DNA of 64,000 nt from an uncultured Planctomycetota bacterium. Its GTDB lineage: Bacteria; Planctomycetota; Planctomycetia; Isosphaerales; Isosphaeraceae. Shown piece by piece: positions 34,652 through 45,256 of the stretch (its first letter is position 1; each line of letters starts with the position of its first letter). Under the pieces are notes generated by a model. It worked only from the letters and a program-made list of their open reading frames with translations. It was not told the DNA's origin and searched no databases. The stretch is taken from assembly GCA_963845755.1 (NCBI GenBank), contig CAWJTV010000020.1, forward strand, positions 288,001 to 352,000. Reading direction: 5' to 3'. A program made the translations under genes and the position numbers.

Positions 34652-35494
34652 ATGAGACGACTCGACAACCTCAGTGCACCCGCTGCGCTGGCCGCGATGC
34701 TGATCGGAATCATCGCATGCGCCGGTCCGGCCCGCGCCGCCTCCCCGTTCCCGGACAAAAATCTCGAGGCCGCGATCCGCGACGTGCTCAAACACGAGCC
34801 CAAGGTCGAACTGACCGATGAGAAACTTCAGAACGTCTATATCCTGGAAGCCGCGGGGAAGGATATCAAGGACCTCACGGGCCTGGAGAAGTGCAAGAAC
34901 CTGGCGCTGCTCAAGGTCGACAAGAACAAGATCACCGACCTCAAGCCGCTCAAGGACCTGACGAACCTGGAATCGCTGGACCTCTCCTACAATGCGATCA
35001 AGGACATCGGGCCGCTCGCCAACCTCAAGGGTCTCCAGCGGATCGAGCTCTCCGGCAACCAGGTCGAGAAGCTCGATCCCCTGAGCGGACTCACCAGCCT
35101 CACATCCCTTTACCTCGACGGCAACGCGATCAAGGACATCGGACCCCTGGCCACATTGACCAAACTGTGGTCTCTGTCACTGCCCAAGAATCACATCAAA
35201 GACATCAAGGTCCTGGAGAAGGTGAACAAGGTCTCTTCGCTCAATTTGAACGACAACCAGATCGAGGACATCGGACCACTCACGAAGCTGACCGAGTTGA
35301 AGATCCTCCAGATCCAGCGAAACCGGATCAAAGAGCTGAAGCCGCTGGCCGATGCGGCCAAGGCCGACGCCGCCGGTCCGAAGTTGTTCGCTCCCTACCT
35401 GCGCCTCTATTTGGAGGGCAACCCGCTGTCGGATGCCGCCAAATCATCGCAGACCAAGCAGCTCAAGGACGCCGGCGTGCGGATCGAGGGATGA
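34652..35494 (+). CDS. Secreted leucine-rich repeat (internalin-like) protein
   Basis: FPDKNLEAAIR cap; 22-aa LxxLxLxxNxIxDIxPL repeats. Confidence 0.93.
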   Translation: MRRLDNLSAPAALAAMLIGIIACAGPARAASPFPDKNLEAAIRDVLKHEPKVELTDEKLQNVYILEAAGKDIKDLTGLEKCKNLALLKVDKNKITDLKPLKDLTNLESLDLSYNAIKDIGPLANLKGLQRIELSGNQVEKLDPLSGLTSLTSLYLDGNAIKDIGPLATLTKLWSLSLPKNHIKDIKVLEKVNKVSSLNLNDNQIEDIGPLTKLTELKILQIQRNRIKELKPLADAAKADAAGPKLFAPYLRLYLEGNPLSDAAKSSQTKQLKDAGVRIEG

Positions 35495-35673
35495 GGCGGC
35501 TGATCGGCAAAGGTTTGGATGGACGTCGAACGAGGCGCCTCTGCCGCGAGAAGTGTCTCGTTTCTCTCTTGGGCCCCGCTCGTCTTCGATGCAGAGACGG
35601 TATACTCGATCGTGGCACGAGCCATCATCAGGAAACGAGGATCAGGGCTAGGGCATCGAGGAGCCCATCTAGC

Positions 35674-36860
35674 ATGAACCGGTCGGAACTCGAAGGAATG
35701 CTGTCGGAGCTCGAATCCGATCGCGTCGAACTTACGATCTCCTTGACGGATTTCGAGAAGTTTAGCGAGGCGATCTGTTCGTTCGCCAATGATCTGCCGA
35801 ACCACGGAAAGCCGGGATACCTCTTTATCGGCGCCACACCCGATGGTAATGCAAGTGGGGCCGTGATTACGGATGATCTTCTCCAGCGCCTCGGCGCGAT
35901 CCGCTCTGACGGGAACATCCAGCCCCTACCCGTGATGAACGTGCAGAAATGGCCCCTGGGTGGGGGCGAGATGGCCGTGGTCGAGGTATTCCCGTCCGAC
36001 CTTCCTCCGGTGCGATATCGAGGGCGCACGTGCATCCGCGTAGGTCCCCGTCGGCGCCGAGGCGAGTCCTGCGGAGGAGCGAATCTTGTCCGAGCGGCGG
36101 CTCGATCGTGCCCGGACCTGGGACGCCCGGGTCTGCCAGGAGGCCACTCTTGAGGATCTCGCGCTCGGTCTGTTCACGCTGACCTACCGGTTGAATGCCG
36201 TAGCCTTCGATGTCGTTGAAGAGAATGACCGGCCGCTGGACCTCCAGCTCGCATCACTCCGATTCTACGACTTGAAGGCCGGCCATTCGACCAACGCCGG
36301 TGTCGTTCTGTTCGGCAAGGATCCCCTGTCGTTCTTTCCCGGAGCCTATGTGCAGTACGTCCAGTATTCCGGACAGTACCAAGCCGATGAGGTAGTCCAG
36401 GAGCGGCGAATCGTTGGCGACTTGCTCGACGTGTTACGCGATCTCAACCGGCTGGCTCTTGAAATCGCCGACGAGCGTCCCGTTCAGGGGCCCGATCTTT
36501 CGGAGGCTGCTGTCTTCGATTACCCTCCGAGAGGTATGCGCGAATTGTTCATGAACGCGGTCGTACACCGAAACTACGAGGAATCGACCACACCGATCCT
36601 GATCAATCATTACAGCGATCGAATCGAGATTCAGAATCCGGGAGGACTGTACGGCGATCTGACGCCCGAGCAGTTCCCGGACGGCACGGCCTATCGCAAT
36701 CCGATCCTGGCAGAGGCTGCCAAAGTCCTGGGATTCGTCAATCGATTCGGCCGAGGAATCAGCGTGACACAACGGGAACTTGTGCGGAACGGCTCGCCTC
36801 TCGCGGTTTTTCGAACTCCGGCCGAATTTCTTCCTCGCGACGGTTTGGAGGCGCCCATGA
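35674..36860 (+). CDS. AlbA_2 (Schlafen-like) + HATPase_c_4 ATP-binding protein, two apparent frameshifts (~36060, ~36810)
   Basis: ESDRVE…AICSFAND…GYLFIG; RELFMNAVVHRNY, DRIEIQNPGGL, YRNPILA…FVNRFGRGI. The corrected end FELRPNFFLATVWRRP* overlaps the next ATG (ATGA 36857-36860). Confidence 0.85.
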
Positions 36861-37927
36861 AGACCCTGGCGTTCTTCAACAACAAGGGCGGTGTGGGGAA
36901 GACGTCGCTCGTTTATCACCTCTCCTGGATGTTCGCCGAGTTGGGCGTCAACGTCGTGGCCATGGACCTCGATCCGCAGTCGAACCTGACCTCGTCCTTC
37001 CTGGAGGATGAGTCGCTCGAAGAACTCTGGGAGCCTCCGCAGACGACACGCACTATCCTCGGCCTGGTTGACCCACTCCTCAATCACCTGGGCGATATCG
37101 CAGAACCTATAGTTGCCGAGATCAATGACCGCATTGGTCTGATACCAGGGGACCTTCGCATTGGTCTGGTACCAGGGGACCTGGGATTGAGCCGGTTCGA
37201 GGATCGCTTGGCCGAGACATGGGGCAAGTGCCTGGACGACAACCAAGCGAATGCAGCCGACGGGTTCCGGGTCACGACCGCGTTCTATCGCATCATGGAG
37301 CAGGCTGCGAAACAGAATCGCGCCGATCTCGTATTGATCGATGTCGGGCCAAACCTGGGAGCAATCAATCGCGCCGCCCTCGTGTCGGCCGATCACGTCA
37401 TAATCCCGCTTGCCGCCGATCTTTTCTCACTTCAAGGCTTGCGAAACCTGGGGCCAACCCTACGTTCCTGGCGCAAGGGTTGGCAAACGCGGAAGACGCG
37501 GAGCGCCGACTTGACGAACAACAATTTGATGATTCCTGACGGGGAAATGCAGCCGGCCGGTTATGTGGTCATGCAGCCGTCGATCCGGGAGAATTATCCC
37601 GTTGCCGCTTATCGTCGCTGGATCAATCGCATTCCCGAAGTGTACCATGTTGAGGTCCTCGGGCGTCCAGCATCCGAAAGCGTCTTCAATCCCGATCCCA
37701 TGGCCCTAGCTACGTTGAAAAACTATCGGAGCCTTGCGCCTATGGCCCAGGAGGCTCGTAAGCCGATGTTCGCTCTCAAACCGGCCGACGGAGCGATTGG
37801 AGGTCATGTCGCTGCCGTCCAGGACTGTCACCGTGCGTTTCGAAAACTCGCCGAGCGGATTGCGAACGTCTGCGGTTTCTCCCTCCCTACGAAAAAAACC
37901 GCGAGTCGAATAGAAAGCCTGACTTGA
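36857..37927 (+). CDS. ParA/Soj-family ATPase (orphan type)
   Basis: FFNNKGGVGKTS, DLDPQSNLT, IDVGPNLGAINRAAL, DLFSLQGL. Confidence 0.92.
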   Translation: MKTLAFFNNKGGVGKTSLVYHLSWMFAELGVNVVAMDLDPQSNLTSSFLEDESLEELWEPPQTTRTILGLVDPLLNHLGDIAEPIVAEINDRIGLIPGDLRIGLVPGDLGLSRFEDRLAETWGKCLDDNQANAADGFRVTTAFYRIMEQAAKQNRADLVLIDVGPNLGAINRAALVSADHVIIPLAADLFSLQGLRNLGPTLRSWRKGWQTRKTRSADLTNNNLMIPDGEMQPAGYVVMQPSIRENYPVAAYRRWINRIPEVYHVEVLGRPASESVFNPDPMALATLKNYRSLAPMAQEARKPMFALKPADGAIGGHVAAVQDCHRAFRKLAERIANVCGFSLPTKKTASRIESLT

Positions 37928-37928
37928 A

Positions 37929-38262
37929 CGCCGATTTCCGCGGGGGGGAAACCGACTGACAACTTCTGGCGGGAGGTGGCGAGATTCTCCGGAATTCGCG
38001 ACAACTTGTCCCCTGGAATGTCAGATGGTTTTGAGGCAAGAGACCAGGAAACCGGGAATGTCAAATCGCAGGTGGCTCAAGGGGAAGGTCCGCCAAACCG
38101 CGGAAATCCGCGCCAATGGCCCACACTTCGATGTGACTTGGCGATTGGCCCACGCAGACCCTGACTGACAAAACCGACTGACACCAAGTCCAAGATATCG
38201 CGGGAAAACCAGTCCTGGCGTGGACCAAATGTCAATCGATTTCTCCTCCGCGGAAATCGGCG
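37929..38262. mobile_element. MITE-like non-autonomous element, 334 bp
   Basis: 33-bp TIRs (29/33 identical, beginning CGCCGATTTCCGCGG); flanked by direct repeat TTGAA (37924-37928, 38263-38267); no transposase ORF. Confidence 0.72.
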
Positions 38263-38302
38263 TTGAAGGAGCGGCCTCGATCGGATCCAAGGGCTGTTCC
38301 GT

Positions 38303-39099
38303 TTACTTGCCTCGGAGGCCTTCATTTTCCTGGCTAAGTCGTTCAATCTCAAGCTTGAGTTGTTCGATCTGCCTCTCGGCGAGTTCGAGCTGAGCCTCGG
38401 TGATCTTGAGGTTGTTCTCGGCGAGCAGGCGCCGCATCTCCACCAGGTCGAGTTCGAGGGAAACCAGACGTCTTGCCTTCTCGAATTGGGTTCGCATCGA
38501 CTCGCCCTCTGCGCTCTGCTCGGCCGACGTAAGGAGTTTCAGGCCGTCGCCCGGATCAAAGACTCGGAGGGCGTATCCTTCGCGCGCCAGGTTCAGGCCC
38601 AGGACATGGCTGGGCAGGCCGGGGACTCACCCTTCCACGATCGGGACGTATCCCCGCTCGACCATCGGAGGCCCTGGAGAGGTGCTTCGAAGAAGCCTCC
38701 GCACGGATCGATCCGGAAGATCTCCGGAACTTTCAAGACATCGCGATATAATTCAAATTTTTTCTGGTCCTGCCTTCGCCTGGACTTCGAAGTCAGGTCG
38801 ATGACGAGATCGGGACTCTTTCTTTCTTCCCAGAGCCGGTAATGGTCGCGATCGCGCTTTCTCAATACCACGCACGACGAGGATGTCCGGCGTGAGGCGT
38901 TTCTTCGGGTTTCCCTCTTCGTAGTACATCATCAAATTCGCCGCCACGTAGACCATCGGGTCGTCGGCGAAATGGTCGCGCAGGATCTCGAGCAGATCGA
39001 ACAGGTTCTCGCGACGGATGTCGGTCTCGGCCATTGGCTTCCGGTCGCTGGAACGCTGTTCGACAGGGGGCGTTTGCGCCGGTGCTGGTCCATCGCCAT
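38303..39099 (-). pseudogene. Uma2 (DUF820) family endonuclease, several frameshifts
   Basis: SSDRKPMAETD, YVAANLMMYYEEGNP…PDILVVRG, PDLVIDLTSKS, LKVPE..RIDP and a coiled-coil tail, spread over at least 3 frames. Confidence 0.82.
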
Positions 39100-40219
39100 G
39101 CGAGTTCTCCTCTTGCCTGCCGAACGGCTTGCGATTGACCGGCATCCGAACCAGTCGATCGGTCGCCAGGTCTGTGCCGATTGTATCACAATTCGGGAAT
39201 CCTGAATCGAAATAAGGGGCGACGATGGCACGCCTCTGTCTGCTGAACTCTCGATCACATCCACATCCTGCCGATCACGATGTCTCGGGCGAACGCCTTC
39301 GGGCCTTGATGCCCAGGATACGTTGTTTTTTTGCAACGTTTTGCCGGCCGGCGTTTGAATGTTCTGCCTATTTTCCCTATATTCGCGCAATCGGGGAGGA
39401 ATGTTGCCTCGACGCGGTTTTTTTCGAGGAGGATGGTTCAATCGCAAAAAACTTTACTTATCATGTGCACGATCCGGCCTCAGGCGTCGGATTGCTCATT
39501 TTTGAAATAGTCTATACTTATTGATGCATTGTCGCCGTTTTTGTTTTTTCTCCGAGGAGGAGTCGTCGTGGACCGGTACGAGCCGGTAGGTCAATCGTGA
39601 TCCTGGAAACCGAGAAAAGGGGGATGGTTTTCGGCAAAATCAGTGTCGCGTCGCCTATCCGCTGGCGATACTCCACGCGACCATCGATCAACGAAGGAAG
39701 GTACGTAGTGTAACGAGGTTCCGTACCGAATCGGGCTACGCATTCACGAGGCGATCTTGATCCGGGCCTCGAGAGCCGACCGATCCATGCCGCCCGGCGC
39801 GATCATTCTCGGTTTGTTGACCTATCGTCGTCGATGGTCACGCGGATTAGATGAGCTTCGCGTGCCGCTCGAGGTCGAGTTCTACGGGTTCGCGTGTATA
39901 CAGATTTCCGCCTCCGAGGTCTTTCTTTCGCCTCAGACTTCTTAAGAATGTCCCTATCTCTTGACTCGATGTTGATTTTTTTGAACCCCTTCTTGACATG
40001 AGCGGTTTGGGACTCGACGATGGCGGCCGCGGTCCGAGATCCATGCACAGAGCACCTCTCCGAACCGTTCAACATTGATTGAGGATTGGCTTGAATCGGC
40101 AGGACGGAAGCCAATCCATGACCGCGGTAACACGACCATGGATGCAGGGAACTCGAGGCAATGTGCCCCTGTGACGCAGCCCAAAGACGAGCACTCCATA
40201 AGGAGACGACGAAGTGATT

Positions 40220-40999
40220 ATGAAAGTGCGGATTTCTCGCCTAATTCTCGCTGCGATGCTGGTGACCGCGACGATCCAAGGCGGCCAGGCGGCGAGGGCG
40301 GGCTCTACGATCTGGTATAATGGAGACTCCGACGGCCGGGATGGCATAGTCAACCAGACGGGTACCCCGGATGGGTTGGTTTATGATAATTTCATCGTTC
40401 CCGCGGGACAGACCTGGACGATCAACAGCGTCTTCTCGAACGACTTGTTGGCGTTCGCACCGACGACGGCCGCCTGGGAGATCCGCTCCGGGGTCAGCGC
40501 CGGCGACGGCGGGACTCTCGTGGCGAGCGGAGACGGCGCGGACACCTTCACGGCTACCGGCAAGTCTTACAATTTCAATGGAGTCGTCGCGGTCAATGAG
40601 TACACCAACACGGTGGCCGTCAGCGGCGTGACGCTCGGTCCCGGGACCTACTGGCTGGCCGTCGCCCCGGACATCAGCGGGTTCTATTACGGTGGACCGG
40701 CGACATTCATCGACACAACGAGTGGCGCCAACGCGATCGGCAACCCGCCCGGCAATGACGGCAATTCGTTCGTCAGCAGCGCGTTCTTCGGTTACAGCTT
40801 CGTGCCGCTCTCGACGATCGAGGGCACTACGGGCGTGAATTGGGACGTCTCGATGGGCGTCAATGGGACCGTGGCGTTCACCACCATCCCCGAACCGTCC
40901 TCGATCGTGAGTGGGCTGACCGGCCTGATGCTAGCGGCGGGGTTCTTCCGCCTGCGACACCGCAGGTCCGCGGAGCCAGTCCGTCCCATGGAGAGTTGA
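40220..40999 (+). CDS. PEP-CTERM sorting domain protein
   Basis: Signal peptide; C-terminal IPEPSSIV + TM helix + RLRHRR. Confidence 0.88.
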   Translation: MKVRISRLILAAMLVTATIQGGQAARAGSTIWYNGDSDGRDGIVNQTGTPDGLVYDNFIVPAGQTWTINSVFSNDLLAFAPTTAAWEIRSGVSAGDGGTLVASGDGADTFTATGKSYNFNGVVAVNEYTNTVAVSGVTLGPGTYWLAVAPDISGFYYGGPATFIDTTSGANAIGNPPGNDGNSFVSSAFFGYSFVPLSTIEGTTGVNWDVSMGVNGTVAFTTIPEPSSIVSGLTGLMLAAGFFRLRHRRSAEPVRPMES

Positions 41000-41226
41000 G
41001 ACGAAGGAGACGCGACGAATCGCGACCTCGCGACCCGGAGGCACTCGCTCCGGGATCCCGAGGGAGCCGAACGTTATTGACCGGCCCGGTCGTCACGGCT
41101 CCGAAGTACGAGGCCAGACCGTCCGCCGATTCCCCCCCGGATTTACGGATTCGACACCGGCTCGCTCGCCCAGCCGCCAACTGGCGCGGCGAGGCCGCAC
41201 ACCCAGCGAACCAGGAGCACCCACTC

Positions 41227-42612
41227 ATGATGCGCAACCGAACCATGACTCCGCCGGCTCGACGTCGGCCGACGCTGAACTTCGACTTGCTCGAATGCCG
41301 TCAGATGCTCAATGCCTCCCCGATCACGCAGCAGCACACCTTCGTTCTGGAACAGCAAGCCTTTTTGCGGACCATCTTCCAGGAGGTGCGGCAGGCGATG
41401 GCCCTTGCCCGCGCGACGAACCCCTCCTCCACCGTCAACGCCGGGTCGCCCATGGCGGCCGATCCTCAGCTCTCTCTCATAGCCATGAAGCCGGCCAGCG
41501 CAGGAGCTGGGCCGCTGGTTTCCGGATTCGGGTGAACCGTATACTCGCCGTCGCAGGTCCAGAAGGCTTATGGATTCAACCTCGCCCCCAACCAGGGCCA
41601 GGGCGAGACCGTCGGCATCGTCGACGCCTACGGGGATCCGAACATCGTCGGCGACGCCTCCGTCTTCTCCTCTCAGTTCGGACTGCCCCAGATGAATGGT
41701 GTCGGCGGCAATCCGATCCTCACGGTCATCCAGCAGACGCCCGGGAATACGCCGCCGGCGGGGAGTAATTGGGCTCTGGAGACGGCACTTGACGTGGAAT
41801 GGGTCCACTCCGTCGCACCGATGGCCAACATCGTCCTGGTCGAGACCACGGACAACTCTTACAATAACCTCCTGGGAGTCGGAATTCCGACGGCGCAGGC
41901 GAATGGTGCAGTGGTCATCTCGAATAGCTACGGTGGAGGTGAGTTCAGCAGCGAGGCGAGCTACGACAGTGCCTATCTCGCCGGCCCCTCACAGAGCGCC
42001 GTGCTCGACTTCTCGACCGGCGACAACGGCGCGCCGGGAGAGTTCCCGGCCTACTCGCCCAACGTCGTGGCCGTCGGCGGGACAAGCCTTTACACGTCAT
42101 CGGCCAAGGGTGCCTACGGCAAGGAGGTCGGCTGGGGCAGTGGCGCTGCTAACGAGCCGGGTGGCGGCGGCGGCGTCAGCCAGTACTTCGGCACGCCGAC
42201 CTATCAGAGCAATAACGGCGTCAACTTCGGGGCTCGGAGCAACCCGGACGTTTCGATGATCGCCGATCCGAGCACCGGCGCCTGGATCTACGACTCTTAT
42301 GACTTCCCGGGCGAACTCATTGGAGTCGGCGGTACCAGCCTCGCATGCCCCGTCTTCTCCGGGATGGTCGCGATCGTTGACGCGGCACGTGCGTCGCACG
42401 CCTTTGCCCCGCTGGTCTCCAACGCGAGCAATTCCTACTCGATCCAGAACAAGCTCTATGCCGACTACGACTCGACCAACTACTTGAACGACTTCCACGA
42501 CGTCACGACCGGAAACAACGGCTTTGCTGCTGGTCCCGGCTACGATCTGGTCACGGGGATCGGTACCCCGAAGGTTCAGAGCCTGGTCTCGACCCTCTCG
42601 ACATCAGCCTGA
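41227..42612 (+). CDS. Secreted S53 (sedolisin/kumamolisin-like) peptidase, frameshift ~41530
   Basis: RRRPTLNFDLLECRQML leader; ETALDVEW, STGDNG, PNVVAVGGTSL, GGTSLACP, GYDLVTGIGTP. Confidence 0.88.
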
Positions 42613-42642
42613 CGTCCCTTCAGCGGTCATTGGGACAACACC

Positions 42643-42671
42643 GGGCCGCCGTCGCCACGCGACGGCGGCCC
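42643..42671. terminator. Hairpin between convergent genes
   Basis: gggccgccgtcgc-cac-gcgacggcggccc, perfect 13-bp stem. Confidence 0.65.
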
Positions 42672-42769
42672 ATCGTGCTTTCCAGGGTGGCCGAACGGAT
42701 CGGCAAGAGTCGTCTGGCGTGTCCAGAGGCTTCGACCAGCGACTCCGGCACGCTTGCGACGTACTTACC

Positions 42770-45061
42770 TCAAGCCGGCTCATGGGCCGAACTCGGCGGC
42801 AAGCCCTGGCACCACCTGCGCCAGATCTGTCGGTAGACCTGCTCAACATTGCGTGCGAATCGGTGGGCGTCCATGAGCGGTGACCGCGCCATCCGCTCAC
42901 GCAACGTCCCGCGCAATTCTTGGAGGCGGGGCAGATCGCCGGCCAGTTGGGCGGCGATCGCCACGAACTGCTCCGGAGTTTCCGCGGCCATTTCTTTCAG
43001 GTCCAGATTGCACAACTGGCTCCAGCCCGCCCGGCCGACAACCGTCTTGCCCAGCAGAGTAAGGGTGGGAACCCCCATCCAGAACGCGTCCAGGCTGGTG
43101 GTGTGTCCATTGTAAGGCAACGGATCCAGACCCAGATCGATCTGATGGTAGATCTTCAGGTAGTCCGCCCGGGGACGCTTGTCGGCAAACGCCACGCGTG
43201 CGCCCGCGATCCCTTCCTGGTAGAGCCTGGCCAGCACCCTCTCCCGCACTGGACCCGGGGGGGCCAGCAACACGAGGCGTGACCTCGGCACCGTCCGGAG
43301 CACCTGGGCCCAGAGCGCCAGACTCCCGTCGTTGATCTTGCAGAAGTTGTTCAAGCAGCCGAAAGTCAGCGTGCCGGCTTCGAGGGCAGGAAGCCCATTG
43401 ACGCACGGCTGGTCGGTCAACGGGTCGTAACACCAGAAGGTGTCCGGCAGTCGCAGCGAGACTTCCGAATAGAAATCATCGAAGAGCCCCGGCGGATCGA
43501 GGTAGGGATCGGTGAGTCGGTAGTCGATGGTCGATAAGCCCGTCGTCCCGGGATATCCCAGCCAGGTCACTTGCACCGGCGCCGGCTTGCGGGCAAAGAC
43601 CAGGAGCCGGTTGTCTGCCGTGTGCATCCTCAGGTCGACGAGGATGTCGATCTGGTCGCTCCGCACCAGGTCGGCAGCCTGGGCGTCGGAGAGCCCCACG
43701 AGGCTTCGGCAGACGTCGGCATAGCCGCCAACCCGGCCTGTCGAGGTGTCAAGCTGTGCCTCCTGGGCATAGCAGAAGATTTCGAATTGGCCGTGGTCGT
43801 GGTTCGCGAGGAGGGGGACCGTGAGGCAGGATTCGGGATGATCGCCAAATTGCGGCGACAGGTAACCGACCCGCAAACGCCGCGCGGGGTCCCGTAGATT
43901 CTCATGCGGCTGTATTTCCCGCTTGAGCGATTCGGCATGCCGTTGGTTCCAATCTCGGCATTCTTCCCAGATCGCCCGTTGGTCGTAATGGGGATGATAC
44001 AGCAAGGTCAGTATCAGATTACTGTGAAAGTTGGCGGCGGCCGGCTTCAACTCGAGTGCGGTCCGATAGGCCGCGATCGCATCATCAACCTGGCCCTGAG
44101 CCTTGAGACAGTTGCCGAGATTCAGGTGAGCCTCCGAGTAATCCGGCTTGAGACCAATCGCCCGCCGATAGCAGATCGCGGCCTCCTCCAGTCTCTCCTG
44201 GCTCCAGAGCGAAACACCCAGGTTATAGGCGGCCTCGGCATAGTCCGGCTTGAGGCGAAGGGCCTGCCGCAAACAGGAGTCCGCTTCCTCGAACTGCCCG
44301 AGTTCCCGGAGGGCATTGCCCAGGTTGCTGTAGGCCTCGGCATGGTCAGGCCTGATGCGCACAGCCTGCCGATACGAGGTCACGGCCGCGTCCAGCCTCT
44401 CTTGCACCCGGAAGGCATTCCCCAGTTCGAGAAGGGCCGCGGAATAGTTCGGCCTGATGCGAAGGGCCTGTTGAAAGTGGTTCACAGCCTCCTCCAGCCT
44501 TCCCAGGCTCATGAGGGCAGTCCCCAGGCTGTGGTGGGCCTCGGGGTAGTCGGCCCTGAGGCGAAGGGCGTTCTGCAAACTCGCTACGGCCACCACCGGC
44601 TGCCCCTGGTGCAAGAGGGCATATCCCAGATGGCAGTGGGCCTCGGCATGATCCGGCCGGAGATGCGCGGCTCGCTGAAAACTCGCCGCAGCCTCGTCCA
44701 GGTTCCCCTGGTATTGCAGGGCGATTCCCAGGCCGAAGTGAGCTCGGGCGTACTCCGGCCTGACGCGCAACGCCTGCCGGAAGCTGTCCACGGCCTCCTC
44801 CAGCTTCTGCTGGACCGCCAGCTCGATGCCCAGGTCGTTATGTGCCTCGGCGAAATCGGGGTTGAGGCGAAGCGCGGCCTGGAAGTAATCGATTGCCAGA
44901 TCGTTCCGACCCGCCCGACCCGCGATCAACCCCATGAGATGCAGGGCGCCGAAATGGCCGGCATCTCCTTGCACGATCTGGCGGCAAAGCTGATCCGCCT
45001 GCGGCAGTCGACCGGCTTCGAACTGTTCCCAGGCCATCCGGAATGCTTGGGGGATCGACAT
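42770..45061 (-). CDS. TPR + O-GlcNAc transferase (SPINDLY/GT41-like)
   Basis: About 10 TPRs; RLRVGYLS, IDILVDL, KPAPVQVTWLGYPGTTG, TFGCLNNFCKI, LDPLPYNGHTTSLDAFWMGVP. Confidence 0.93.
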   Translation of the reverse strand: MSIPQAFRMAWEQFEAGRLPQADQLCRQIVQGDAGHFGALHLMGLIAGRAGRNDLAIDYFQAALRLNPDFAEAHNDLGIELAVQQKLEEAVDSFRQALRVRPEYARAHFGLGIALQYQGNLDEAAASFQRAAHLRPDHAEAHCHLGYALLHQGQPVVAVASLQNALRLRADYPEAHHSLGTALMSLGRLEEAVNHFQQALRIRPNYSAALLELGNAFRVQERLDAAVTSYRQAVRIRPDHAEAYSNLGNALRELGQFEEADSCLRQALRLKPDYAEAAYNLGVSLWSQERLEEAAICYRRAIGLKPDYSEAHLNLGNCLKAQGQVDDAIAAYRTALELKPAAANFHSNLILTLLYHPHYDQRAIWEECRDWNQRHAESLKREIQPHENLRDPARRLRVGYLSPQFGDHPESCLTVPLLANHDHGQFEIFCYAQEAQLDTSTGRVGGYADVCRSLVGLSDAQAADLVRSDQIDILVDLRMHTADNRLLVFARKPAPVQVTWLGYPGTTGLSTIDYRLTDPYLDPPGLFDDFYSEVSLRLPDTFWCYDPLTDQPCVNGLPALEAGTLTFGCLNNFCKINDGSLALWAQVLRTVPRSRLVLLAPPGPVRERVLARLYQEGIAGARVAFADKRPRADYLKIYHQIDLGLDPLPYNGHTTSLDAFWMGVPTLTLLGKTVVGRAGWSQLCNLDLKEMAAETPEQFVAIAAQLAGDLPRLQELRGTLRERMARSPLMDAHRFARNVEQVYRQIWRRWCQGLPPSSAHEPA

Positions 45062-45256
45062 CGTGAAGTCCTCGAGCGGCTCGCGGTTACCTTCCCGAAC
45101 CATCGGCCTCCCGCTACACTGGGATGGTGGGCCCGATGAGGAAACCGTCACACCGGACATCGACTTGCTCCGATGATATTCAGTTCGTCGAATGGCCGCC
45201 AGGAGAGTCACCGCGACCCGATCCGGCGGCTGAGATATGATGATCTGGCCTCGATC

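Noticed and set aside
36086..37927. Apparent 613-aa HATPase-ParA fusion
   Set aside because: One extra T in the run at ~36806-36811 explains it. The alternative frame ends with TGA overlapping the ParA ATG, which has its own GGAGG RBS.
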